From: Candidatus Multivorans sp.
GTDB taxonomy: Bacteria > Acidobacteriota > Thermoanaerobaculia > Multivoradales > Multivoraceae
Reading direction: 5' to 3'
Length of the DNA stretch: 64,000 nt
Assembly (NCBI GenBank): GCA_965247095.1
Contig: OZ251997.1
Location: forward strand, 960,001-1,024,000
Of this stretch, positions 40,956-52,306 are shown one piece after another. The position numbers and the translations under genes are program-made. Position 1 is the first letter of the stretch; every line of letters starts with the position of its first letter. The notes beneath the pieces are model-generated. The model worked only from the letters and a program-made list of their open reading frames with translations. It did no database searches and had not been told where the DNA came from.

Positions 40956-41201
40956 TCATTCCCAGAGCCGCCGGTCGACCACCCGTTGTTCGGCCAGTGC
41001 GGCGTTGAACTCCTGGGCGTCTTCTTCGGTCCAGGTGGCGTAGCGGAGAAGTTGGGCTCTACGGGCGTCCGGTCCCACGGCTTCGCGGAGCACTTGGAGT
41101 ACGGTGGCGTTAAGGCTCTCTCCTCGCTCCGCGCTGATCGCGCGCAGTCGTCGTGCGAGGTCCGGGTCCACGTTGCGGATAGTAAGTTGCGATGAAGGCA
41201 T
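40956..41201 (-). CDS. vapB: FitA/VapB-like ribbon-helix-helix antitoxin
   Basis: QLTIRNVD..L...LR......G.SLN; directly upstream of the PIN toxin. Confidence 0.85.
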   Translation of the reverse strand: MPSSQLTIRNVDPDLARRLRAISAERGESLNATVLQVLREAVGPDARRAQLLRYATWTEEDAQEFNAALAEQRVVDRRLWE

Positions 41202-41231
41202 GACAGCGCGACTATGCAGTCATGCTGTCAT
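41200..41231. promoter_or_regulatory. Probable autoregulatory operator of the vapBC pair
   Basis: ATGACAGC (41200-41207) and GCTGTCAT (41224-41231) inverted repeat, with a GCAGTCAT half-site at 41216. Confidence 0.6.
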
Positions 41232-41272
41232 CGTGTCAACCTGGTCCGTGGCGAGGAGCTTTCCTGTCGAGC

Positions 41273-42700
41273 TCAATCCAACGCGGCGGATCGGCTACAT
41301 GCCGCGCCTGAGAGTTCGTGCACTCCGTACGCGGCCCAGTAGAAGGGGTGGGAGGCATCGAACTCGACCGGCTCGTGACCTCCCCCCTGGTCGAATCGAA
41401 GTGGCTCGGCGAGGAGCGTCAACTGCGCTTCGCGGAGTGCGGTGGAGGGCGGCGCGCCAAGTTCGAGGCGGCGGTAGAAGACTTCGAACAGCTTGGTTGC
41501 CGTTTCGTCTACGACCGGCCATAGCGAGCTGATGACGGAAGCGGCGCCGGCGGTGTGGAAGGCGTCGACGAAGGGGTTCGGCCCGAAGCCCGTGCCGCCC
41601 GAGTCGAGGCCGGAGAGCACGACCACCGAATCTCGACCGAGCTCAAGATCCGAGGCCAGGGCGCCGACGGCCACGCGGAGCGCCTGCTGGTCGTAGCGGC
41701 TCGGCGAGAGCAGCAGCGCCGAAGCGGCAGGATCCCCGGCGTCGACGATCGCTTCGACAGCAAGGTGGAGGACCTGGATGCGGTGGCTGGCGCTCAGATC
41801 CCACAGCGCGGCCGGGGTGGCCGCCTGGCCGAACGCGGTCACGTTCATCAGGCCGAGCGCCTCAGGCGCCTGGGACTGGTTCCGGCGCGCGGCGTGCCGG
41901 CGCCAGGAGATGCCGCCATCGCTCATGGAAGCGCCGAGCGGGCGCGCCGGGGGCCGGTACACGGCGTCCGCGATGGCGGCGGCCACCGGCGCCTGCTGCC
42001 GGCGTTCACCTTCGGTTGCTGTCTGAAGGCGGACCCCGCCCGGAGTCAACCAGCACAGCTCCCTCGTCTCGATCAGGTACCGACCCTCGGGGTCGATGGA
42101 TCGCGGGGCGCGGATGGCGCCGAAGGGCAACTCGACCAGAGGACCGTTGGCCAGCAGCACCACCCGCGAGGTCCCGCGCAACTGGTCGGCGGCCGGAGCG
42201 AGCAGCTTGCGACCCAGCACGTCGCCGAGTCGGACGATCTGGCCCAGGGACGCCCGCGGTCGGAGCAGCGAGAGGCCGCGGAGCTCGGCGATGAGCGGCG
42301 TCAGCTCCTCGGCGGTCGTGTCCAGGGTCTTCGTCACCGGTGGGAGGCCGGGCCTGCCCGGCACGACGGCGAGCCGCACCCGGCGCCCGGGCGAGGCATC
42401 GAAGATCAGGGTCGTCGTGTCGTCAGAGGCCGGCCGGAGATCGGCCTCGAAGCGGGCGTCCGCGGATGGCGACGGCGCCCCGTTCCGGGTGGCCGCTTCG
42501 TCGCCGAGGGCCGATCGGCGCATCTCCCGCCGGCTCGACTCGACCGCTTCGACGATCTCGGCCGCGGCCGTCCAGTCGGTCCGCGTCTCGGGATCGCCGC
42601 CGCTCTCGGAACCGGCGGTCGCCCCGCCCGGCAGCATCGCGCCGAGCAGGACCGCTCCTGTCCAGGCGGCGGTGGACCGCCAGACAGCGTCGTTCCTCAT
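41273..42700 (-). CDS. Secreted CHAT-domain protein lacking the catalytic His/Cys
   Basis: Signal peptide; GPLVELPFGAI, GRYLIE, VLHLAVEA, VVLSGLDSG, AGAASVISSLWPVVD, ALREAQL and HPFYWAAY. Confidence 0.82.
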   Translation of the reverse strand: MRNDAVWRSTAAWTGAVLLGAMLPGGATAGSESGGDPETRTDWTAAAEIVEAVESSRREMRRSALGDEAATRNGAPSPSADARFEADLRPASDDTTTLIFDASPGRRVRLAVVPGRPGLPPVTKTLDTTAEELTPLIAELRGLSLLRPRASLGQIVRLGDVLGRKLLAPAADQLRGTSRVVLLANGPLVELPFGAIRAPRSIDPEGRYLIETRELCWLTPGGVRLQTATEGERRQQAPVAAAIADAVYRPPARPLGASMSDGGISWRRHAARRNQSQAPEALGLMNVTAFGQAATPAALWDLSASHRIQVLHLAVEAIVDAGDPAASALLLSPSRYDQQALRVAVGALASDLELGRDSVVVLSGLDSGGTGFGPNPFVDAFHTAGAASVISSLWPVVDETATKLFEVFYRRLELGAPPSTALREAQLTLLAEPLRFDQGGGHEPVEFDASHPFYWAAYGVHELSGAACSRSAALD

Positions 42701-42838
42701 CCTCGACCGGAAAGACATGATCCGGGGCATTCTTGTATCAGAGCAGGGTGCTGAGCCGGTGGGTGCGACGGGCGCCGCGTCGGATCGGTCGACGCTTCGG
42801 AGCGGGAAGGAGCGTCGGCGAGTACGATCCCGGGAGCG

Positions 42839-43618
42839 ATGTCGAACGTACGACTCGAAGCCGAAGGCGAGGTGGCGCGCATCACCCTCAGCAGGCGTCT
42901 CAGGGCGAACGCGCTCGATTCCGCCACAACCGTGGAGTTGCGCGACGCGGTCCGCGAGTCTGCCGCCGCGAACCCTCGTGTGCTGGTTATTGCCGGCAAC
43001 GGCGTGTTCTGCGGCGGGGCCGACATTCGCGAGATGGAGGGGCTCGACGCCGTCGGCGCCGAGCGTTTCATCCGCGGCCTGCACGAAGCGTTCCTTGCCA
43101 TCCGCGAGCATCCGGCGCCGGTGATCGCCGAAGTCCGCCGCGCGGCCCTCGGCGCGGGCCTGGAACTCCTGGTCTCGTGCGACCTGTCGGTCGCCGCCGA
43201 CGACGCGATCTTCGGCATGCCCGAGCCGCACGTGGGCCTGCCGTCGGTGATCGAGGCGGCGTTGCTGCCGGGCCTCGTCGGACTCGGCCGTGCCCGGGAG
43301 CTGCTGTTCCTGGGCGATCCGATCGACGCCGCCGAGGCGGCACGAATCGGGCTTGTGGGCGAGGTCGTAGCCGCCGAGGACCTCGAGGCGGCGGTGAACG
43401 CCAAGGTGGAGCGTTTGTTGCGCCTCAGTCCAGGCACCCTGGCGCTGCAGAAGCGGCTGATCGGCCGCTGGCTCAACCTGCCCCTGGACCAGGCTGTGGA
43501 GGCAGGCGTCGCCGCGTTCAGAGCCGTTTACGAAACCGGTGAACCGAAGCAGGCGATGGAGGAGTTCTGGCGACGTCGGTCGCGGGGCGGCGGCGGCGCT
43601 AGCCGGTCAGGCGGCTAG
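42839..43618 (+). CDS. Enoyl-CoA hydratase/isomerase family protein
   Basis: FCGGADI, PVIA, GAGLEL..CD and FGMPE..VGL. Confidence 0.9.
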   Translation: MSNVRLEAEGEVARITLSRRLRANALDSATTVELRDAVRESAAANPRVLVIAGNGVFCGGADIREMEGLDAVGAERFIRGLHEAFLAIREHPAPVIAEVRRAALGAGLELLVSCDLSVAADDAIFGMPEPHVGLPSVIEAALLPGLVGLGRARELLFLGDPIDAAEAARIGLVGEVVAAEDLEAAVNAKVERLLRLSPGTLALQKRLIGRWLNLPLDQAVEAGVAAFRAVYETGEPKQAMEEFWRRRSRGGGGASRSGG

Positions 43619-44605
43619 CCACTGCAGACAGCCCGTCGATTCCAGCACGGCGTCGATCTGCGCCCGATCGGAGAGTTCCCCGTACTTGCGACGCAGTGCA
43701 GCAAGAGACCGGGCGTGGTACTTCTGCGGTTTCTGGGTCCAGGTCCCGCTCGCGAGGCCGACGGAGAACTCCTCCTCGCCGCCAGCGATGGCCTTGGCGT
43801 TGGCGACGCTCCAGGGGAGGAAGAGCCCGCCCACCTGTTGCTCAAGCAGGGGCATCAGCGTCGGCGCCAGGGACTCCCAGTCCTCGAAGTCGCCATTCGC
43901 GGTCGGGTCCACCAGGCGCTTGACCCATTCGACGGTGCGAGGCGCCCTCTCCTCCAGCAGAGCGCCGGGCGTCGGATCCGTCCATGCCTGGTGCATCTGG
44001 AAGCCGACGCCGAAGTCGCCGAACGCGGGCCGATTCCCGAACAGGTAGTCGCGGCCCTCGAGATGCGTCTCGATGAGGCCGACCGTGTCGAGGAACGACT
44101 GCTCGATCTGGGGGGCCGTCTGTTCGTTCGAGCCAACGAACCAGACACGGGGGACCATCCGCTCCTTGACCTGGGCGGTCATCGCCTTCAGCGTCCCCTC
44201 ATCGGCGTCGGGGTTCCTGCTCTGGGCGAGGCGCCGGGCGCCGGACTCCTGGTCCACGGGGCGGGCCCAGCGGTAGTGGAACATCCACTTGTTGCCCCAC
44301 TCGTCGCCCCACTCCTCGAGCAGCACGGAGACGAAGGCCGCGGTGGGGTCGTCGGGGTGGATCGACGGCACCGGGTACTCAGCCTCCATCGCCTCCAGGA
44401 TTGGCGTCGAGTCCTGCATGCCCCGGTCGTCGGGCGTGATAACGAGCGGCACCAGGGGCAGCTTGGCGTAGCGCCGGAACTCGTCCTGGTTGGCGGGGCC
44501 GCGGCGGCGCCACTCGTGCGGGATTCCCTTGTAACGGAAGTAGGAGCGGACCTTGACGGAGTAGGGCGAGAGTTCGGCGCCGAAGATTCGGTAGGGTCGG
44601 GCCAT
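43607..44605 (-). CDS. Glutathione S-transferase family protein
   Basis: SPYSVKVRSYFRYK, LVP, QDSTPI and YLFGNRP..GDF. Confidence 0.88.
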   Translation of the reverse strand: MARPYRIFGAELSPYSVKVRSYFRYKGIPHEWRRRGPANQDEFRRYAKLPLVPLVITPDDRGMQDSTPILEAMEAEYPVPSIHPDDPTAAFVSVLLEEWGDEWGNKWMFHYRWARPVDQESGARRLAQSRNPDADEGTLKAMTAQVKERMVPRVWFVGSNEQTAPQIEQSFLDTVGLIETHLEGRDYLFGNRPAFGDFGVGFQMHQAWTDPTPGALLEERAPRTVEWVKRLVDPTANGDFEDWESLAPTLMPLLEQQVGGLFLPWSVANAKAIAGGEEEFSVGLASGTWTQKPQKYHARSLAALRRKYGELSDRAQIDAVLESTGCLQWLAA

Positions 44606-44775
44606 TGGCAGAAGCCTCCTGGAGGGGAGTCGTTGGACGGAGGCACATGCTAGGAGGCTGCGCTGCGGAACGCAACGTAGTGAGTTCGGCGGCGCAGCCT
44701 GCTGGTGAGGTGGGGGATGGGGCCAGACGCCGAGCCTGCGAGGCGTTTGGCGGCGCTAGGAGGATTCTCGGCGTC

Positions 44776-46803
44776 GTGGCAACGGCTCTTGATTTGAAAG
44801 GACGGCTGGGGAGCGTATTCGGCCACTCGGGTTTCCGCCCTCACCAGGAGGAAGTGTGCCTCCGCACCGCGGAGGGCGCCGACGGCCTGGTGGTCATGCC
44901 GACCGGCGCCGGCAAGTCGCTCTGCTACCAGCTTCCGGGCCTGCTGCGCGACGGGCCGACTCTGGTCTTTTCGCCGCTGATCGCCCTGATGGAGGATCAG
45001 ACCGCGAAGCTCCGGCAAATCGGCCTGCGTGCCGAGCGGATCCACTCGGGACGGCCGCGCCACGAGTCGCGCGAGGCCTGTCGCCTGTACCGCGACGGCG
45101 AGCTGGACTTCCTGTTCATCGCTCCGGAGCGCCTGGGCGTCCCCGGCTTCATCGAGTTCCTGGAGCGTTGCCGGCCGGCCCTGATCGCGGTCGACGAAGC
45201 GCACTGCATCTCCCAGTGGGGGCATGACTTCCGTCCCGACTACCGGCTCCTGGGGCAACGCCTGCCGCGCCTGCGCCCGGCGCCGGTGTTGGCCCTGACC
45301 GCGACCGCGACGCCGCGCATCCAGGACGACATCGCGGCGCAGCTCGATCTGCAGGGGGACGAGCGGTACATCTACGGCTTCCGGCGCGACAACCTGGCAG
45401 TGGAGGTGGTGCAGAAGCGGCCCGGGGCGCGAGCCGCGGTGGTTTCCGAGGTGTTGGGGGAGAGTGAGCGGCGGCCTGCCATCGTCTACGCGCCGACACG
45501 CAAGGAGACGGAGACTCTCGCTGGTCGGCTGGCCGACAATTTTCCGACCGCGGCGTACCACGCCGGGCTGCCGACGGCCGAGCGGGACGAGGCGCAGACC
45601 GCGTTTCTCGACGGCGAGATCGAAGTGGTGGTTGCCACCACCGCCTTCGGTATGGGGATCGACAAGCCGAACATCCGCACGGTGATTCACACCGCGATGC
45701 CGGCGACGGTGGAGGGCTACTACCAGGAGATCGGCCGCGCCGGCCGCGACGGCGAGCCGGCCCGGGCGCTGCTCCTGTACTCCTGGGCCGATCGCCGTAC
45801 CCAGGAGTTCCTGCACAAGCTCTCCTATCCGGAGATCGGCTATCTCAAGGGGCTGTACGACGCGCTGTCGGACGAGCCGCGTGACCAGGCCGATCTGCAG
45901 CGCCGCCTCCGCTTCGACGAGCAAGTCTTCGAAGCGGCTCTCGATCAACTCCGAATCCATGGCGGCGCGACCATTGGCGGTGGCTACCGCGTACGCCGCG
46001 GCGGGGACTCGTGGATGCGGACCTACCGCGTCCAGCGCCAGCACCGGCTGGACCAGATCGACGAGATGACCCGGTTCGCGGACCACCGGGGCTGCCGGAT
46101 GCTGCGCCTGGTCCGGCACTTCGGCGACCGCGCGGACAGCGACGCACTCTGCGGCGTCTGCGATGTCTGCCGGCCGGACGACTGCCTGGTGCGCCGGTTC
46201 CGCGCGCCGTTGCCCGAGGAGGTGCAGGCGATGGAGACGGTGCTGTCGCTGCTGCGCCGCCGTGAGGGCCAGGGTACGGGCCGACTGTTCCAGGAGTTCC
46301 GGTCGGTCCATGGCTCGTACGACCGTGGCGCGTTCGAGGACCTTCTCGGCGCGCTCGGGCAGGCGCGGGTGGTCTTCGTGGAGGACGACTCGTTCCAGAA
46401 GGACGGCGAGACGATCCGGTATCAGCGGGCCGGGCTGACGCCGAGCGGCCGTCGCCGCGGGATCGACCTGGCGGGGCAGGTGTTGCTGCCGGACGATCCG
46501 CCCGATGAGCCGAAGGCGCGCCGGAAGCGGAAGACCGCTACGGCGTCGGAGATCGCGGAGGCTGACGCCGACCCGGCCGTGGTTGAGGCCCTGCGCGAGT
46601 GGCGGCTGGAAGAGGCCCGGAAGAGGCGGTGGCCCGCGTACACGGTGCTTCAGAACCGCGCGCTGCTGGCCGTCGCGGCAGCGAAGCCCGGAGACCCCGA
46701 CCAGTTGCTCGCGCTTCCCGGTATCGGCGCCACAACCGTCAAGCGCTACGGCGCCGCGTTGCTGCGGATCGTGGCGGCAGCAGGGAAGGCTGAACCGAAG
46801 TGA
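44776..46803 (+). CDS. recQ: RecQ-family ATP-dependent DNA helicase with HRDC domain
   Basis: MPTGAGKSLCYQLP, DEAHCISQWGHDFRP, QEIGRAGRDG, Zn-binding cysteines and C-terminal HRDC (ALREWR..A..PAY). Confidence 0.92.
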   Translation: MATALDLKGRLGSVFGHSGFRPHQEEVCLRTAEGADGLVVMPTGAGKSLCYQLPGLLRDGPTLVFSPLIALMEDQTAKLRQIGLRAERIHSGRPRHESREACRLYRDGELDFLFIAPERLGVPGFIEFLERCRPALIAVDEAHCISQWGHDFRPDYRLLGQRLPRLRPAPVLALTATATPRIQDDIAAQLDLQGDERYIYGFRRDNLAVEVVQKRPGARAAVVSEVLGESERRPAIVYAPTRKETETLAGRLADNFPTAAYHAGLPTAERDEAQTAFLDGEIEVVVATTAFGMGIDKPNIRTVIHTAMPATVEGYYQEIGRAGRDGEPARALLLYSWADRRTQEFLHKLSYPEIGYLKGLYDALSDEPRDQADLQRRLRFDEQVFEAALDQLRIHGGATIGGGYRVRRGGDSWMRTYRVQRQHRLDQIDEMTRFADHRGCRMLRLVRHFGDRADSDALCGVCDVCRPDDCLVRRFRAPLPEEVQAMETVLSLLRRREGQGTGRLFQEFRSVHGSYDRGAFEDLLGALGQARVVFVEDDSFQKDGETIRYQRAGLTPSGRRRGIDLAGQVLLPDDPPDEPKARRKRKTATASEIAEADADPAVVEALREWRLEEARKRRWPAYTVLQNRALLAVAAAKPGDPDQLLALPGIGATTVKRYGAALLRIVAAAGKAEPK

Positions 46804-46817
46804 CACAATCCCTCCTC

Positions 46818-48293
<1,476 letters not shown>

Positions 48294-48326
48294 CGGGCCG
48301 CCGGCGCACTCGGTTGATGCCGTGCC

Positions 48327-49916
48327 TCAGTTGATGCCGCGCTCCTTGCCCTCCCAGTAGGGCGCGCGCAGCTCTCGCTTGAGCACCTTCATCGCGCCGG
48401 AAAGCGGTAGCGGTTCGGCCCGGAACTCGACCGACTTGGGCGCCTTGTAGCCGGCGATCGACTCGCGGGCGTAGCTGATGATCGAGGCCGCCGTGTTCTC
48501 GTCGACTTCGACGCCTTCCTTCGGCACGACGATGGCGTGGACCTGCTCGCCCCAGACGTCGTGGGGAATGCCGATCACTGCCACCTGGCCGACCACGGGG
48601 TGGGTGGAGATCGCGCTCTCGACCTCGGCTGAATACACGTTCTCGCCGCCGGAGACGATCATGTCCTTCACTCGATCGACGAGGAAGAGGTAGCCCTCTT
48701 CGTCGAGGTAGCCGGCATCGCCGGTGTGGTACCAGCCGCCGCGGAAGGCTTCCTCGGTAGCCTCTTCCTTGTTCCAGTACTCGGTCATGTAGTTGCCGCC
48801 CCGTGCGCAGACCTCGCCGATCTCGCCGCTGGGCAGCTCGCTGCCGTCCTCGTCCTGGATCTGTAGCACGACGCCGGGCACCGAGCGCCCGACGGAACGC
48901 AGGCGGTCGCCGCCGGCCTTGTGGTCCTTGGCGTCGAGCACGGTCAGGAGCGAGGAACTCTCCGTCATGCCGTAGCCCTGCCCGATCTCCATCTCCGGGA
49001 AGAGCGTCAGCAGCCGGTTGAGCAGGGCCGCCGGCATCGGCGAGGCGCCGTAGGCCAGGCTGCGCACCGATGCGAGCTTCTCGGGCGCAAAGTCCGGGTG
49101 GCTCATCATCATGTGGATCATGGTCGGCACCATGGTCGTCGTGGTCACCTCGTACTTCTCGATCAACGCGAGTGCTATGCCGGGGTCGAACATCGGCATC
49201 AGGACCATCTTGCCGCCAAACGTCTGGGTCGCGATGACGCCGACCATGGAGGCGGCGTGGAAGATCGGCGTCTGCAGCAGCGCCGTGCCCTCGGAGAGCT
49301 GGGGAAACCGCATCACCGCGTGGTACGTGTTCAGGATCTCCGCGCGCTGGTTGCAGAGGACGCCCTTGGGCAGCCCGGTCGTACCGCCGGTGTACATCAG
49401 GACCACCGGATCGGTCTCCTCCGGCTCGCCCGGCAGCACCGGCTCACTGCCCGCGATCAGGTCCTCGTAGCGGAGGTCGCAGGGCACGTCCGTGTCGTCG
49501 CCGGGGCCGTCGATCAGCACCGTGTGCCGGATCGTGCAGTCGTCGCCGGCAAGGGCCATCGCCTGGGCGAAGGCCGGGGCGAAGGTCTTGTCCACGAAGG
49601 CGACCTCGGTGCCGGAGTCGCGGACAATGTAGTCGAGTTCCTTGCCCGCCAGGCGCAGGTTGAGTGGGTTGATCACGCCGGCGCCGAGGTAGGCGGCGTG
49701 GTACAGCTCGACGTACTGGTGGCAGGTCAGCGCCATGACCGCAAAGCGGTCGGTGCGGCCGATGCCGAGTTCGCCGGTGAGCGCGGTGCACAGGCGCATC
49801 GTGCGGTCGGCGTGCTCCCCGAAGGTCGCGCTGTAGGCGCCGTCGATGATGGACTCCTGGTTGGCCAGGTAGTTCAGGGCAGGGACGAAGAGCCGGTGGA
49901 AGATGAGTTCCTTCAT
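48327..49916 (-). CDS. Long-chain acyl-CoA ligase (AMP-binding)
   Basis: YTGGTTGLPKG, YGMTE, HTGD, DRVKDMIVSGGENVY and terminal Lys motif. Confidence 0.92.
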   Translation of the reverse strand: MKELIFHRLFVPALNYLANQESIIDGAYSATFGEHADRTMRLCTALTGELGIGRTDRFAVMALTCHQYVELYHAAYLGAGVINPLNLRLAGKELDYIVRDSGTEVAFVDKTFAPAFAQAMALAGDDCTIRHTVLIDGPGDDTDVPCDLRYEDLIAGSEPVLPGEPEETDPVVLMYTGGTTGLPKGVLCNQRAEILNTYHAVMRFPQLSEGTALLQTPIFHAASMVGVIATQTFGGKMVLMPMFDPGIALALIEKYEVTTTTMVPTMIHMMMSHPDFAPEKLASVRSLAYGASPMPAALLNRLLTLFPEMEIGQGYGMTESSSLLTVLDAKDHKAGGDRLRSVGRSVPGVVLQIQDEDGSELPSGEIGEVCARGGNYMTEYWNKEEATEEAFRGGWYHTGDAGYLDEEGYLFLVDRVKDMIVSGGENVYSAEVESAISTHPVVGQVAVIGIPHDVWGEQVHAIVVPKEGVEVDENTAASIISYARESIAGYKAPKSVEFRAEPLPLSGAMKVLKRELRAPYWEGKERGIN

Positions 49917-49962
49917 CGCGTGCAACTCCTGTTGAGCGTGTCGTTCGAGCGGTGCCTTCGAT

Positions 49963-50970
49963 TCACTGCGCCGACAGAGCCGCGATCATGTCCCGCTGCG
50001 TTCGTTCGTCGAGAAAGCGCAGGCTGGGGCTGATCCGGTCGACCACATCGCCGTAGCGGGCGAGGACGGCGGAGGCGATGCCGTCCGGCTCGCCGACGAC
50101 GGCGAAGGCGTCGAGCATCTCGTCGGTGATGAGAAGGCCCATCTCGTCCCACTGGCCCTGCTTGGACATCCGGTTCAGCTCGAGCTGCAGATCGCCCCAG
50201 CCCTCCGACTCGAGCACCGGCCGGTAGGCGGGAGTCGAGCCGTAGAACGAGATCTGCTTCTTGACCGCCTGCTTCGTCGCCTCGTAGGTCTTCTCGTCCT
50301 GACCCGAAACGATGAAGCCGGGGTAGCTGATCTGGAAGTCGGAGCGGTCGCGTCCGGCGGCGGCCAGTCCGCGCTCGATCGCCGGCAGCGTCGTGTTCCG
50401 CATGTAGGACGGGGTCGTGAACGGGTGAACGATCAGGCCGTCCGCCACTTCGCCCGCGACCTCCGTCATCAGGGGGCCGACGGCGGCCAGGAAGACTCGC
50501 GGCGGCCCGTACTCGGTGTTCGTCGGCGTGAACATCGGCGTCATCAGGGTGTGGGAGTAGAACTCGCCCTGGAAGCGCAACCGCTCTCCCTCGTACCAGT
50601 TGTCCCAGATCGCCCGCATCGCCAGGATCATCTCCTTCATGCGCTTGGCCGGGCTCGACCACGGCATGCTGAACCGCTTCGTGATGTGAGGCCTGATCTG
50701 GGACCCCAAACCGAGGATGAAGCGTCCCTTCGAGTAGGCATTCAGGTCGTGGCCTACATGGGCCAGCGTCATCGGGCTGCGTGCGAAGGCAACCGCGATC
50801 GAGGTCGTCAACTCGATCCGCTCGCTGTGTTCCGCGGCGAGCAACAGGGGGAAGAAGGGGTCGTGCGCCGTCTCCGCGGTCATCGCCGCCGCGAAGCCTC
50901 CACCTTCGAGTTCCCTTATGCGGGCCGGGACTTCGCGCAGATCGGTGGGCAGTCTGCCGTCAACCTTCAT
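49963..50970 (-). CDS. LLM-class oxidoreductase, probable F420-dependent TIGR03617-like family
   Basis: AETAHDPF, IAVAFARSPM, RFILGLGSQIRPHITKRFSMPWS and FYGSTPAY. Confidence 0.8.
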   Translation of the reverse strand: MKVDGRLPTDLREVPARIRELEGGGFAAAMTAETAHDPFFPLLLAAEHSERIELTTSIAVAFARSPMTLAHVGHDLNAYSKGRFILGLGSQIRPHITKRFSMPWSSPAKRMKEMILAMRAIWDNWYEGERLRFQGEFYSHTLMTPMFTPTNTEYGPPRVFLAAVGPLMTEVAGEVADGLIVHPFTTPSYMRNTTLPAIERGLAAAGRDRSDFQISYPGFIVSGQDEKTYEATKQAVKKQISFYGSTPAYRPVLESEGWGDLQLELNRMSKQGQWDEMGLLITDEMLDAFAVVGEPDGIASAVLARYGDVVDRISPSLRFLDERTQRDMIAALSAQ

Positions 50971-51089
50971 TTCTGTCTCCAGGCTGGTTGTTCGAGGGTG
51001 GCGCGCGAGTATAGAGGAGGGAGGAAGGCTTGCTACGATCCCGGCTTTACTGCCTCGATAACCTGCCTTCCAGACCTAGGGGAGTCTCC

Positions 51090-52304
51090 ATGCATCAGGT
51101 GCTCGCCGGCGTCCGCGTTCTGGACTTCGGCCGCTACATCGCCGGACCCTTCTGCGCCGCCCTGCTCGGTGATCTCGGCGCGGACGTGATCCGTATCGAG
51201 AAGGTGCGGGGCAGCGAGGACCGCTTCATCGCCCCCGTCGCGCCGACCGGCGAAGGCGGCATGTTCCTGCAAATGAACCGGAACAAACGGTCCTTGACGC
51301 TCAATCCGACGAAGCCGGCTGGCAGGAAGATCGTCCGCAGGCTGGTGGCGACCGCCGATGTCGTCGTGGCCAACCTGCCGCCGGCGACGCTTAAGGCGAT
51401 GGGGCTCGACCTGGACAGCCTGCGCGAAGTGAAGGAGGACATCATTCTGACCACGGTTTCGGCCTACGGCCGTGGCGGTCGCTACAGCGATCGGGTGGGA
51501 TTCGACGGCATCGGCCAGGTCATGTCGGGGATTGCCTACATGACCGGCGATCCCGACCGTCCCCGGCGCGCGGCGGCGCCCTTCGTCGATTTCGGCACCG
51601 CGCTCTCCTGCGCCTACGGCACGCTGGCGGCGCTGATGGCCCGGCAGCAGACCGGCGAGGGACAGATGGTCGAGGGCGCCCTGCTGCAGACCGCCCTGAT
51701 GATGGGGAACGCGAACCTGATCGAGCAGGCGGTGATCGAGAGGAACCGGCAGCCGACCGGAAACCGGAACCAAACCTCGGCGCCGTCCGACATCTACCGG
51801 ACCGCCGACGGCTGGTTGCTGTGTTCGGTGATCGGCGAGCCCCTGTTCAGGCGCTGGGGGGATCTGATGACCGAGGACGGCCCCGCGGGGGGCGACGGGC
51901 ACAGCATCGACTGGCTGAACGATCCGCGGTTTGCCGACGATCTCGCTCGCGGCGACAACGCCGAAGCGATCGGCGCGCGGATGAACGCCTGGTGCGCCGC
52001 GCGCTCCACGGCGGACGCGGTCGAGGCGCTGAACGCGGCGATGATCCCCTCGGCGCCGGCGTATTCGATGCAGGAAGCGCTGGATGACCCCCATATCGCC
52101 GAAGTCGAGTCCTTCGTGGAGCTCGACTATCCGGGCCTGGCGCGGCCGGCGCCGGTGGCCCGCCCCTCCGTGCGCCTGACCGCCACTCCGGCCACGATCC
52201 GTCACCGTGCGCCGACGCTCGGCGAACACACGGACCAGATCCTGGGCGACCTCGGCTACAGCGGCGACGAGATCGAGGGGTTCCGGGCCGAGCGGGTGGT
52301 GTAG
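51090..52304 (+). CDS. CaiB/BaiF family III CoA-transferase
   Basis: LAGVRVLDF, GPFCAALLGDLGADVIRIE, NRNKRSL and APTLGEHT. Confidence 0.9.
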   Translation: MHQVLAGVRVLDFGRYIAGPFCAALLGDLGADVIRIEKVRGSEDRFIAPVAPTGEGGMFLQMNRNKRSLTLNPTKPAGRKIVRRLVATADVVVANLPPATLKAMGLDLDSLREVKEDIILTTVSAYGRGGRYSDRVGFDGIGQVMSGIAYMTGDPDRPRRAAAPFVDFGTALSCAYGTLAALMARQQTGEGQMVEGALLQTALMMGNANLIEQAVIERNRQPTGNRNQTSAPSDIYRTADGWLLCSVIGEPLFRRWGDLMTEDGPAGGDGHSIDWLNDPRFADDLARGDNAEAIGARMNAWCAARSTADAVEALNAAMIPSAPAYSMQEALDDPHIAEVESFVELDYPGLARPAPVARPSVRLTATPATIRHRAPTLGEHTDQILGDLGYSGDEIEGFRAERVV

Positions 52305-52306
52305 CC

